From Gemmatimonadaceae bacterium (GTDB taxonomy: Bacteria; Gemmatimonadota; Gemmatimonadetes; Gemmatimonadales; Gemmatimonadaceae), in assembly GCA_044224875.1 (NCBI GenBank), contig JBGAJQ010000020.1:1-62028 (forward strand): DNA of 62,028 nucleotides, written 5' to 3'. The notes below the pieces were generated by a model. That model made no database searches. It had not been told where the DNA came from and saw nothing but the letters and a program-made list of their open reading frames with translations. This document shows positions 20,290 through 30,119 of the stretch, in pieces. How positions within the stretch are numbered: position 1 is the first letter of the stretch; every line of letters starts with the position of its first letter. Made by a program: the position numbers and the translations under genes.

Positions 20290-21030
20290 TCGGGAAGTTG
20301 GGCGAGGGAGAAAGGGCGAGGCGAAGAACGGCGAAGAGACGACGCGAACAAGCGGACGACGACGTCGATGGGCCATCGGCCGAAGACTTCGCGTCGCGGC
20401 GCACGAGATCCCAGCAGGCTCCCACGCGAAACCGCACAAAAGGGACGCCTCGGAGGCCGAAAGGTCACTTTGACCGGATTGCCGACGGCGACGTCCGGGT
20501 TTCTTCGACAATAGCGGGCATCCGTCACCCGACCGCTCACTGAACTGCACGTAAGGCTGAAGCTTCCTGAGCATGGCCGGACCTATCCCGCGCACCCGTT
20601 CCAGACGCTCCAGCGAGCCAAACGCACCGCAGGAGTCGCGATACGCGACGATCTTGCCGGCGAGCGACGGGCCCACAAACGGCAAGCGCTCGATCTCCTT
20701 TGCCGTGGCTCGGTCCAGATCGATCAGCAGCGGTGGCTTCTCTGAGCCGGTCGCACTGCTGTCGTCCCGCCCACGAGGCTGTGCCCGTGCCCGATTTGCA
20801 GACGAGCGGGAGGACTCTCGGGTCGTGCTCCTGGCTCGCGTTTTCGAGTGCGTGCGTTCCTTCGCCCGGTTAGACGCGCTGTCGACGGCGGCGATCTGCT
20901 CCGCGAGTCGCTGCGACTCGGCCGGACTCACCGGCGGGACACGCATCGCGTTCCACGCGCGGAGCGCGAGTCCGCATGCGACGATTCCGAGGCACGCGAA
21001 GAGGGCTCGACGTTCTGCTGGAGTTGGCAC
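20290..21030 (-). CDS. comEA: ComEA-like helix-hairpin-helix DNA-binding protein (no stop codon before pilB; 3' end uncertain)
   Basis: N-terminal TM, Ser/Arg linker, IDLDRATAKEIERLPFVGPSLAGKIVAYR...FGSLERLERVRGIGPAMLRKLQPYVQF. Confidence 0.8.
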
Positions 21031-21106
21031 AAACGAAACGATGACGTGGCGTCACGCTGGCCACGTCATCGTTTTCACGCCATCACTCGCCTTTTTGTCT
21101 CCCTGG

Positions 21107-22006
21107 CTACTTCACCAGCGCATGGGCCACGTCTCCAACGATCTGGAGGGATTGGGCGGAGATCTTGTCCATCGTATCGCGCGTGGTGTGATGTGAGGGG
21201 TACTGCAGGTCGATCACGTCGATCACGCGAAGTCCCTTGTCGAGCAGCGGGATGTGGTCGTCAGTGATGGGCTCGCGCGAGATGGGAATGAAGTACTGGC
21301 TGTATCCCAGGTCGGCGGCCACCTGCCAGACGCGACTCACGACCTCGGGGGCGCGTTCAACCGAGTTCACTTCCTGATGGATCTGCAGGTCCGCGTCACC
21401 GATCATGTCCCACAGGACGCCGTAGAGGATCCGGTAGTCGGGTGACGGAAGGTGCTCCGCGAAGTATCGCGACCCGATCAGGACGTCCTCGTTCTTGTCG
21501 AAGCTGCCGTAGTCCTCGCCATCCACAAAGAGCAGGTCCACCCCGACGGATGGTGGGGTCTTCTTCAGGACATCGCCTAACGCCACCAGAAGCCCCACAC
21601 CGGAGGCACCATCGTTCGCCCCGGGCACGGCGTTCTTTCGCATCGACGGGTCGGTCTCCTCATCGGACGTCGGGCGACTGTCCCAGTGCGTCACGAAGAG
21701 GACGCGCTCCGTAGCCTGTGGCCGAAACCTCGCCAGGACATTGCGAAGGGGAAGGTCGACACCGGCGGCCGTCTTGTGTGTCCACGTTTGCTCGATGACG
21801 GTGTCGGCGCGCTCTCGCATACGCGCGGTGATCCAATCCCCGGCGGCGCGATGGGCGGGCGTGCCGGGTACGCGCGGGCCAAAGTCCACCTGCGCCTTGG
21901 CGTAGGCGAGTGCCTGCACACCGTCAAAGGGACCGCGTTCTCGGGGCGCACTGCGGCTGCACGCCATGAACGCGGCGAGCGCACAGAACAGAATGGGCAT
22001 TCTCAC
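21107..22006 (-). CDS. M28-family lipoprotein, glutaminyl cyclase-like
   Basis: Lipobox FMAC; QVDFGPRVPGT, HWDSRP, GANDGASGVG, DGEDYG, DMIG, TDDHIP, HHT..D; 4-bp overlap with the upstream sprA-like gene. Confidence 0.8.
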   Translation of the reverse strand: MRMPILFCALAAFMACSRSAPRERGPFDGVQALAYAKAQVDFGPRVPGTPAHRAAGDWITARMRERADTVIEQTWTHKTAAGVDLPLRNVLARFRPQATERVLFVTHWDSRPTSDEETDPSMRKNAVPGANDGASGVGLLVALGDVLKKTPPSVGVDLLFVDGEDYGSFDKNEDVLIGSRYFAEHLPSPDYRILYGVLWDMIGDADLQIHQEVNSVERAPEVVSRVWQVAADLGYSQYFIPISREPITDDHIPLLDKGLRVIDVIDLQYPSHHTTRDTMDKISAQSLQIVGDVAHALVK

Positions 22007-25000
22007 CTCGACGCTCCGCCGAAGAACTGGATTTGAAACACCGTCGAAACGATCACTTGAGTAAACCGTCGGTTGAAGTTGCGATCGAACGTCACCACGC
22101 GCGATCCCTGTAGTGAAAAGGTCGCATTCTCCGCAACGTCAGTACCCGCACTGAGCGAGAACGATGTCCTGCCGTTGTCCGTGAGCCGGCTGCGTGCCGA
22201 CGCGGCCGCGACGTTCGAAACGTAGCTCTGCGCCTCGGTGCGCTGGTAGCTCATGCGTGTCCGCAAGTTGCTCTTGAGCTTCCAGGACGCGGGGAGGGCG
22301 AACGCGCGCGCGACGTCGGTCGTCAGGTCCGACGACGACGACGTTCCGACGGAGCCCGGGAGCGAATCGGTGCGTTCGGAGCGGGCGACCGCGGCGGAGA
22401 GAGACAGGTCGCCCCACATGGTCACCGCACTCGCGGTCAGCGGCCAACTGCGAATTCTCGTTGCGCGCAGCTCGGTCGGCGCCCCAACGACCGCACTCGG
22501 CGCGGCGAAAGCCTGGCGCGTGTTCAGGTAGCGCGCCGAGGTCGAGATGCTGGAAAAGAGCCCACTCAAGAGCCAGGGACGGCCGCTCCAGCGGAGGGTG
22601 GCGTCAGGCAGCGTTTGCTGCGTGCCGTCCACGGCGAGTTGGCGGTCGTCCACCTGTCGGGACCAATGACGCGACGTTCCATGCTGGACGCGCCCGGAGA
22701 TCGCGGCGCCCCACGGCAGCTGCAACGTGTTACCGACGGTCACGAGGTTCGATTGCCCAGCGCTGGCCGCGAGGAGCCCTTGGATGGTCCGAAACCCATC
22801 GATCCCGCCGATGCCGAACTGGTAGCCGAGGGATGGCGACGCCGGTGAACCATCGAAGGCCGTCAACGCGTCGTGCGAGATGGACACATCGATCGGTCGA
22901 ATGGCCCTCGCCAGGCGTGCAAGTCGTGGGTGGTTCGGCTCGATTCCCTTGGAGTAGCCCTGCAAGTCGATGACCGCCACGGCTGCCACGCGCTGCGAGT
23001 TGCCAAAGCGTCGCGCCAGGGCGGCGGTGTCGGCGGCGGCGAATGGCGTGAACGCGCGGTTGTTGGGATCGCGCAGCATGGTGTAAGTGGATCCCAGCTC
23101 CAACCTCGGTCGTAGCCAACCCGTCGGGACGGGGGCGTACGTGAGGGTCGCCGCCATGCGACGCTCGCGTTCGAATCCAAGATCGCCCCCCGCCAGCTGC
23201 GCCCCACTGACACTGGAGCTGGCGGATGCCGCGGCATAGTCACGCAGGTCGCGGAGGGTCAGGGCGTCCCAACGCGCCACCACGCCCGCCACGGGCCGGA
23301 ACTCGACATTCGTGCCGGTCCGCCACAGGTAGTTGTCGCCGTCGACGACTCGGGCGGTGTCGTCGAACGCGGCGGCCGGCTTGAGGAACGATTCTCGCCG
23401 GTCCGAGGCGCGTTCCAGGTTGCTGGTGACGTGCAGGGTCGCAGGCCGGAGGGACGCGCCACCTCCTGCGGCGCCGCCGAAGAACGATGACACCAGCTGC
23501 CCAAGGCTGGATCGTTCGTCGGGGACATCCTCCGTTCCCAGGAACTCCAACCCGAGATTGAAGTTGCGCACCTTGCCCTTCTGGAACTCGCTCTGGTTGC
23601 CATTGTGGTTCCAGATGGCGTTGAGCCCAAGGTTATTGACGATCGGTGCGTACCACGGCCCGGACAGTGGCGTGCGCCGCCTAACGCCAAGCGTCATGGT
23701 CGTGAGCGAGGTGCGCGGGGCGCGCAGGTCGCTGACGGCGGCGCCGCGAATGTCGGAGCTGGAAAGGAAGAGCGGCGTCGCGGCGTCCGCCGTGTGCGTC
23801 ACGGTGAGCGGGATGCTCACGCCGATGTCGCGCGGCAACCAACGTTCGAGCTGAAAGGTACCACCGAGCTCCACGTCGTTGCTGCTCAGGTAGGTGGGCT
23901 GCTCGCCAAGCTGGCGGAAGTTCGGGTCGCGGCGCGTCACCAGGACGCGCAACGCGCCGAAGTCCCCTGCATCGAGCGTGGCGCCGATCTCGGCGGCGTA
24001 CCCCGTCGTGTTCACGACGTTGCGCAAGCGAATGTCGTCCACCCACACCTCGGCGGTGTCGGTCGGCAGCAACGGCGACGTGCCATGCAGCGAGTCCACG
24101 CGCACGATGCCCACCGCCATCTCCTGCACGGCCGCCAGGTTCGGTGGAGAGACGGCGGGATCGACGGTGTAGATCACGTAACCGTTGTCGCACGCGACGT
24201 ACCGGTCGATCCGCGTATCGATCGGGAGGCCAGACGAGGCAATGAGCGCAGAGTCGGCACCGGCGCAACCTAACGATCCTGGTTGGCCCTTGAGCCAGGC
24301 GTTGTGCACCTTGGCCCTGAGCTGGTAGAACCGCTCGAACTCCACGCGCACTTCCGGGTCCCAGGCGGTACGTAACGGTCCGGCGTTCACCGGCGTGCGA
24401 TAGGCGTAAAAGTTGTTGGCGTCGCGGCCGAGCTTCACATAGAACTGGAGATCGCCCTGCGCCCCCCAGCCATTGCCGCGACCTCGTGCCCACAATCGGA
24501 GCTCGCGATACGACATTACGCTGCGCTGCCCTTCCGGGAATCGCATGTAGGCCTCGGCGCGATCGTAGCGTGCGAGGCCGCCGGCCAGCAGGCGCATCGA
24601 GCGCTCATTGATGGCGATGCTGCTGGGGCCAATCACCTGTTGCTGCTCGGCCTCGTCCGTCACACCGGGGGGCGGTTCGTAGACCAGTCCGCGGAGCGAG
24701 TCGCGGTCCTGCGTCCCGATCGATGCGGCGATGACGAAGCCATTGCCGGCGATGGCCGTCTCCGTGCCGGCGATCCCGCGCAGGGGCTTGGCCGAGCGCT
24801 TGAGCCATGCCGCTCCCGTCAGTCGCAACCGGGCAACAGGGACGGTCACGAAGTCGTCGTCGCTGCTGTTGGCGGAGGACATCACCGTGATGCGGACGGC
24901 CCGCACGCGGCGCAAGGCGGGTCCGCCGTTGATCGAATCGGCCGGGGCGCCGAACGGCACCCGGAGCTGCACCCAACAGAGCGTTGGCGAGGGCGTGATC

Positions 25001-28000
25001 GCGTCGTTCATGTCGCGCACGTTCACTCCGCACTTCCCAGTACGGTTGTAGCGGGTGGGATCCGACAGGTCCACCACAAAGCGCCGAACGCGTTCCTGTT
25101 CGCGCTGTGCTTCCGTCAGGTTCAAAGCGCCGTCCAGGTCAACGTCCTCCTCGTCGAGCCGGTTGTTGCGGACCGTGCAGTTGCCGCGGCTATCGCCGAG
25201 GCGTTGGATCTGCCCGCCGGGCGAGGTGCAGATGGCCAGGTGACGCACGACGGAAGCGCTCGCACCCGTGACCACGACGAGCGAGTCGGTCCGGTCCCCC
25301 GGGAGGCCGGTGTCATTCACGTCGGCGCTGAAGGCACGGGAAAACGCGTCGCGTTCCGTGTTGAGGGTGTCGAGGCCTACCACGCGCCGGCCGCTGTAGG
25401 TCGTGTCCGCACCGGTTACCAGGAGCGTGTCCGGCTGCAGCAGCACGGAGTTCTCCGACACGTCGCCAAAGTCCAGAACCACGGTGGGATTGCGGCGTCG
25501 GCGCGACGGCAGCGTGTCCACCAGCGTCCAGAACTCCACATGTTCCACGCGCGACAAATCGACCCCGGCGCCGCTGGTGCCTAACGGCGTGCGCACCGAG
25601 CGCCACCGTCGCCCCGACGGCGCGCGGCCAACCTGCCACCGGTACCGCCCCGTCGTGGGGTCCCGTTGCCCGCCGATGCCCAACGGATACAACGTCAGCC
25701 ACAACATTTGTTCCGGTGGGGCGACACCAGCACCAATCAAGGTCGTCAGCGTGTCAATCTCGTTGATCCGGAACAGCACCGCGCGCCCGTTGCGATCCGT
25801 GCCATTCGTTTGGAAGGCCATGGTCGAGGCACGACGCAGGTCGAGGACGGGGGCCAGCGCACCGGCGGCGTGCCCCACCGCCGGCTGCGACGCGAACTCC
25901 CACTGCGCGTCCGTCAGCGGCACCGTCAGGCCGCCATCTCCCTCGAAACTCTCCAGGTATGCCTGTTGCGACCCGCGCTGGCGCGGCTGGCTCACCGCCA
26001 GCTCGGCGCGAACGCTCAAGCGGGGTGCACGAGATGTGTCCGTCCGAGGCATCCATCGTTGCAGTCGCGCGCGTAGTCCCGGCAGCTGCCACCCGAGGTC
26101 GGCGCTCACACCAGCAACAATGGATGCCTGTGGTTCAAACCCCAGCGTCGGCCGGGTGAGGTTCGTGCGTTGCGACTGTGAGAGTGCCGTCACCCCGATC
26201 GTGCCAAAATTCAGGGCGTACTCGGACGAGAGCCCGATGATCGACGTCGGAATGGACGCGAAGAGCGGATTCTCCTCATATCGCACCACGACCTTCTTCT
26301 CGACCGCACCGAGCGCGTCAGGGCGCAGGAGGGTCACACGCCCCAGGTCATAGTCGATCGTGTAGTCGATGTCCCGGGTGAGCTGCCGTCCATCCATGCT
26401 GATGCGTTCCGAACCCGGCCGCAGTTGAACCGATTGCAGGGCGATCGTGCCGGTGCCACCCGTGCCATCGACTTCATATGAAGCTCGCAACCTGTAGAAC
26501 GACTGCGGATGCTGCGTCGAGTAGAGGTACTCGCCGGGTGTGCGATAGATGGTGTCGTTGGCCGGCACGGCCGGGTTCGACGCCAATCCTGACCGGGCAA
26601 ACGGTTGCAGGGAGGGGAGCACGATGAACCGATCGCGAATGATGTTCGTCCCTGGGGCCCCGGCGATCGCGACATTCGGATCGTTAGGTCGCGGCCACAG
26701 TCGGTTCTCGGCGTCAAAAGCCGACGGACTGGTGAACTGAGCCAAACCAAACAGCGTGAGGTAAGTCGGTGCCGCTCCCCCAGGGGGCTTTTCTTGATCG
26801 GCCCCGGCCCCTGTGACGATGCGCAGGGCGACCGACTCGCGCCGCACGTCGTCGCCACCCAAGCGATAGATGGAACGAATCTCCCGGCGAAATGCGGCGT
26901 CCTGTGGCGTGACCTGCGGATCCCACACCAGTTGCGCGAATTGCTCGCGACTGGGGACATACTCGAGGTCCGGCGTGCCGCCAATATGGGCGATGGTCGT
27001 GTCTCGACCACCCACGTTCAGTGTGTACGCCACCACCAGGCGCTCGTTGGCCAGCGCCACCGGGCGAACCAGGGCGAACCAAAGCAGCGACGGGTCCACG
27101 TAGTAGTCGATGTTCTCACGCAGCAGTTCATAGACCTGGCCGCGCCGCGAGTCGTCATCGCCCAGAAGCCGAAAGCGCGGACCGTTCGGATTCGGCGGCT
27201 GCCCGCCGAGGATCAGCCGGTACAGGAAGACGCGCGCCGGCCGCACCGTGTCCGGAAGCGCCGCCGCCAGCTGCGACATCTGGCGAGCGTTGAGGATGTC
27301 AACGTTCGGGTAGGCACTCCCAAAACGCAGGGGGTCCACCGTGAAGAAGAATCGGCGCGGTTCAACCTGATAGTCCTCGATATCCCGCTCTACGCGCTGG
27401 GAGGTGCGTGCGCCCACCGTGAACACCTGGTCCTTCACCACGTTGCCCTTCTGCTGGGCGGCTATAAGACGCGTGGTGAGTCGACCGCGCTGCGTCAGTG
27501 CCTGCACCCCGTAGTTGCCACTGGGAATGCCCGAGGTGATGAAGCGGGAGGCGCGCGGAGTGAACGTCACACTCCCCACGTCGACACGCTGCAGGAATTG
27601 TCCCGGCAGGCCCTGGTAGTAGAGCGAGATATTGTTTGAGCCGTCGAACTCGCGCTGCGAGTCGTAGTCCACGTTCACATGAAACCGGTCGGCCACCGTG
27701 CCCGTCGACCGAAGCTGATACTGAAAGTCGAGCGTGGGAGCAATACGCGCGCGGCAGGTGAATGAGGAGTTGAACAACTGGCTGGCGAAACACCGATTGT
27801 TTTTGTTGCGCTCACCACGAGCTTCCAACCGCGTCAGCAGGTCCACCGTGAGGTCCTTCGCCGCCGAATCGCGCGCCGCTACGGTATCTCGCACCGTGGA
27901 GTCGCGCCGCACCCGCGTGGTGTCCTGCGCCATTGGCAGGCCGGCGCCGAAGCGAAGCTCGATGACGGCCGCTTCCGTCGCCGGTCGTTCCGTCCCTGCT

Positions 28001-28080
28001 CTCAACTCCGCCGCCACCATGCCTGCCGACGTACGCGCCGGCACCCCGGACACCAGGGCTAGGAGGAGGAGGAATCGCAC
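22003..28080 (-). CDS. sprA: SprA-like giant outer-membrane protein (T9SS translocon family)
   Basis: 2025 aa with signal peptide; VNVDYDSQREFD..NNI.LYYQG, AAQQKG, DYTIDYDLGRV, YEENPLF, AYLESFEG, VWVDDIRL, beta-strand-rich C-terminus ending FQIQF. Confidence 0.75.
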   Translation of the reverse strand: MRFLLLLALVSGVPARTSAGMVAAELRAGTERPATEAAVIELRFGAGLPMAQDTTRVRRDSTVRDTVAARDSAAKDLTVDLLTRLEARGERNKNNRCFASQLFNSSFTCRARIAPTLDFQYQLRSTGTVADRFHVNVDYDSQREFDGSNNISLYYQGLPGQFLQRVDVGSVTFTPRASRFITSGIPSGNYGVQALTQRGRLTTRLIAAQQKGNVVKDQVFTVGARTSQRVERDIEDYQVEPRRFFFTVDPLRFGSAYPNVDILNARQMSQLAAALPDTVRPARVFLYRLILGGQPPNPNGPRFRLLGDDDSRRGQVYELLRENIDYYVDPSLLWFALVRPVALANERLVVAYTLNVGGRDTTIAHIGGTPDLEYVPSREQFAQLVWDPQVTPQDAAFRREIRSIYRLGGDDVRRESVALRIVTGAGADQEKPPGGAAPTYLTLFGLAQFTSPSAFDAENRLWPRPNDPNVAIAGAPGTNIIRDRFIVLPSLQPFARSGLASNPAVPANDTIYRTPGEYLYSTQHPQSFYRLRASYEVDGTGGTGTIALQSVQLRPGSERISMDGRQLTRDIDYTIDYDLGRVTLLRPDALGAVEKKVVVRYEENPLFASIPTSIIGLSSEYALNFGTIGVTALSQSQRTNLTRPTLGFEPQASIVAGVSADLGWQLPGLRARLQRWMPRTDTSRAPRLSVRAELAVSQPRQRGSQQAYLESFEGDGGLTVPLTDAQWEFASQPAVGHAAGALAPVLDLRRASTMAFQTNGTDRNGRAVLFRINEIDTLTTLIGAGVAPPEQMLWLTLYPLGIGGQRDPTTGRYRWQVGRAPSGRRWRSVRTPLGTSGAGVDLSRVEHVEFWTLVDTLPSRRRRNPTVVLDFGDVSENSVLLQPDTLLVTGADTTYSGRRVVGLDTLNTERDAFSRAFSADVNDTGLPGDRTDSLVVVTGASASVVRHLAICTSPGGQIQRLGDSRGNCTVRNNRLDEEDVDLDGALNLTEAQREQERVRRFVVDLSDPTRYNRTGKCGVNVRDMNDAITPSPTLCWVQLRVPFGAPADSINGGPALRRVRAVRITVMSSANSSDDDFVTVPVARLRLTGAAWLKRSAKPLRGIAGTETAIAGNGFVIAASIGTQDRDSLRGLVYEPPPGVTDEAEQQQVIGPSSIAINERSMRLLAGGLARYDRAEAYMRFPEGQRSVMSYRELRLWARGRGNGWGAQGDLQFYVKLGRDANNFYAYRTPVNAGPLRTAWDPEVRVEFERFYQLRAKVHNAWLKGQPGSLGCAGADSALIASSGLPIDTRIDRYVACDNGYVIYTVDPAVSPPNLAAVQEMAVGIVRVDSLHGTSPLLPTDTAEVWVDDIRLRNVVNTTGYAAEIGATLDAGDFGALRVLVTRRDPNFRQLGEQPTYLSSNDVELGGTFQLERWLPRDIGVSIPLTVTHTADAATPLFLSSSDIRGAAVSDLRAPRTSLTTMTLGVRRRTPLSGPWYAPIVNNLGLNAIWNHNGNQSEFQKGKVRNFNLGLEFLGTEDVPDERSSLGQLVSSFFGGAAGGGASLRPATLHVTSNLERASDRRESFLKPAAAFDDTARVVDGDNYLWRTGTNVEFRPVAGVVARWDALTLRDLRDYAAASASSSVSGAQLAGGDLGFERERRMAATLTYAPVPTGWLRPRLELGSTYTMLRDPNNRAFTPFAAADTAALARRFGNSQRVAAVAVIDLQGYSKGIEPNHPRLARLARAIRPIDVSISHDALTAFDGSPASPSLGYQFGIGGIDGFRTIQGLLAASAGQSNLVTVGNTLQLPWGAAISGRVQHGTSRHWSRQVDDRQLAVDGTQQTLPDATLRWSGRPWLLSGLFSSISTSARYLNTRQAFAAPSAVVGAPTELRATRIRSWPLTASAVTMWGDLSLSAAVARSERTDSLPGSVGTSSSSDLTTDVARAFALPASWKLKSNLRTRMSYQRTEAQSYVSNVAAASARSRLTDNGRTSFSLSAGTDVAENATFSLQGSRVVTFDRNFNRRFTQVIVSTVFQIQFFGGASR

Positions 28081-28253
28081 GAATTCGCGGTGGCAGGGTA
28101 GGAGCGGCTTCCGTAGGCCCTCGGGACCATCTGGCAGTCCCGTTAGTCCTTATATTCCACCAGTTCTGAGTCAGGCAGGGCCCTTACGCGCCTCCCTTCT
28201 ACGGGTGGCACGGTAGCCTGTTCCGGATTGCGAATGACGAGCCGACTTCGAGC

Positions 28254-30119
28254 GTGAAGATAATCCACAAATACGTCTTGCGAGAGCATGCGGGGCCGCT
28301 CGTCTTTTCCCTCTCCGCGCTCACGTCCCTCCTGCTGCTGAACTACATCGCGAAGCAGTTCGGCAACCTCGTCGGCAAGGGGTTGTCATGGACGGTGATT
28401 GCGGAGTTCTTCGGGCTCTCGGTGCCGTTTACGCTGGCGATGACTTTGCCGATGGCCGTATTGGTCTCGACCCTGTACGCGTTCAGTCGGTTGGCCGCCG
28501 AAAACGAGATCACGGCGTTGAAGGCGTCAGGAGTGAGTCTGGCCCGTCTCACCATCCCGGTGTTGATGGCCGCAGGGGTGCTCTCCATCCTGATGGTGCT
28601 GTTCAACGACCAGGTCCTGCCGCGGGCCAACCACAGGTTACGCACGCTACAGGGTGACATTGCCCGCAAGAAGCCGACGTTTGCGTTGCGCGAACAGGTG
28701 ATCAACGAGGTTTCTCCTGGTCGCTTGTTCCTCCGCGCGGGCCATTTGGATGAATTCACGAACCGTATGCGCGAGGTCACCATCTATGATATGGGCGACC
28801 CGTTGCGTCGGCGGACGATCTACGCCGACAGTGGGTTCATGGCCTTTGCCCCGAACCAGAAGGACCTGGTGCTCACGCTGTTCCACGGGCACATGCTGGA
28901 GATATCCAAGGCCAATCCCCTGCAGTTGCAACGACTGTACTACGAGAACGATTACGTCCGTGCCCCCGACGTCGCAAACGGGTGGGACCCCACCAAGGAT
29001 GACTCCTACAAGAGCGACCGCGAGATGTCCGTGTGCGAGTTGCAGAACGAAGTGGCCCGCAGCGAGACGGACCTCGACCGCGCGATGCGGGACCTACGCC
29101 AGGCGATGGTCGGCGCGGTCCACGAAGCTGCCACGGGGCAGCCGGCCAACCTGCCACAGGACATCTCCCTGGCCGCGCCGAGCGTTCCCGGGGCGCCCGC
29201 GGCGCGCTCGCGTCACGTCTCGCTGGGTCGCACCTACTGCGACGTTTCCACCGGCCTCCGAAAGCTCAGCCTGCAGAAGGTTGGCAAGGCAGTGAAGACC
29301 GCGCTATGGCCACGTGTGGCATACGCCGCCCAGGGTCAGGATACGACCAGGGCCAAGAAGGACACGACGAAGGCAGTGAAGGACAGCACACAGGCTAGGA
29401 CGGACACCGCGCGACAGGTTCCCAGCGCGGTGTCGGGCGATCGTCCACCGCTCGCCCCCAACCCCAAGATCGACCCGTCGACCATACAGCCTAACGTGAA
29501 CCCCCAGGTGCCAGTGCCCGCGCCCGTCACGCCGGCTCCCGGCCAGGCAACCCCCGGCGTCCCCCCATCGGCGGGGGGAGGTGTTCCGGTCTTGAGCGGT
29601 GCGGTACCGGGTGACACGTCGCTGCACCAAGTCCCGACCACGGTGGCGCCCAGTTACACCGGCGGGCTCCCGCAGCCGTACGTGGCCACGGCGGCGATCG
29701 AGGGTGCGCGGTCCCGCCTGGCCGAAGCTCGCCGTCAGGTCAATCAGAATGCGGTGGAGCTGCACAAGAAGTTCGCGATCTCCATCGCCTGCATCGTGTT
29801 CGTGCTGGTGGGCGCACCGATTGCCCTGCGCTTCCCACGGGGCGGCGTGGGCCTGGTGATTGGCGTCTCCATGGTGGTCTTCGCCATCTATTATGTGGGC
29901 CTCATCGCGGGTGAGACGTTGGCGGACAATGGATACGTTCCGCCGGCGGTCTCCATGTGGGCGGCCAACGTGCTCCTCTCCATCGTGGGCCTCGTGCTCT
30001 TTGCCCGCATCGGGCGCGAAGGAGCGACGTCGCGCGGCGGTGACCTGTCGGAGCTGCTGGACACGTTCAAGCAGTTCCTGCGCACGCTGACCTTCCGCCG
30101 CCACACAGAGGTCGCGTGA
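28254..30119 (+). CDS. lptF: LPS export permease LptF-like with a long Pro/Thr-rich insertion
   Basis: KYVLRE, LPMAVLVSTL..FSRLAAENEITALKASGVS, ELHKKFAISIAC..F.LVGAP, WAANV. Confidence 0.85.
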   Translation: MKIIHKYVLREHAGPLVFSLSALTSLLLLNYIAKQFGNLVGKGLSWTVIAEFFGLSVPFTLAMTLPMAVLVSTLYAFSRLAAENEITALKASGVSLARLTIPVLMAAGVLSILMVLFNDQVLPRANHRLRTLQGDIARKKPTFALREQVINEVSPGRLFLRAGHLDEFTNRMREVTIYDMGDPLRRRTIYADSGFMAFAPNQKDLVLTLFHGHMLEISKANPLQLQRLYYENDYVRAPDVANGWDPTKDDSYKSDREMSVCELQNEVARSETDLDRAMRDLRQAMVGAVHEAATGQPANLPQDISLAAPSVPGAPAARSRHVSLGRTYCDVSTGLRKLSLQKVGKAVKTALWPRVAYAAQGQDTTRAKKDTTKAVKDSTQARTDTARQVPSAVSGDRPPLAPNPKIDPSTIQPNVNPQVPVPAPVTPAPGQATPGVPPSAGGGVPVLSGAVPGDTSLHQVPTTVAPSYTGGLPQPYVATAAIEGARSRLAEARRQVNQNAVELHKKFAISIACIVFVLVGAPIALRFPRGGVGLVIGVSMVVFAIYYVGLIAGETLADNGYVPPAVSMWAANVLLSIVGLVLFARIGREGATSRGGDLSELLDTFKQFLRTLTFRRHTEVA

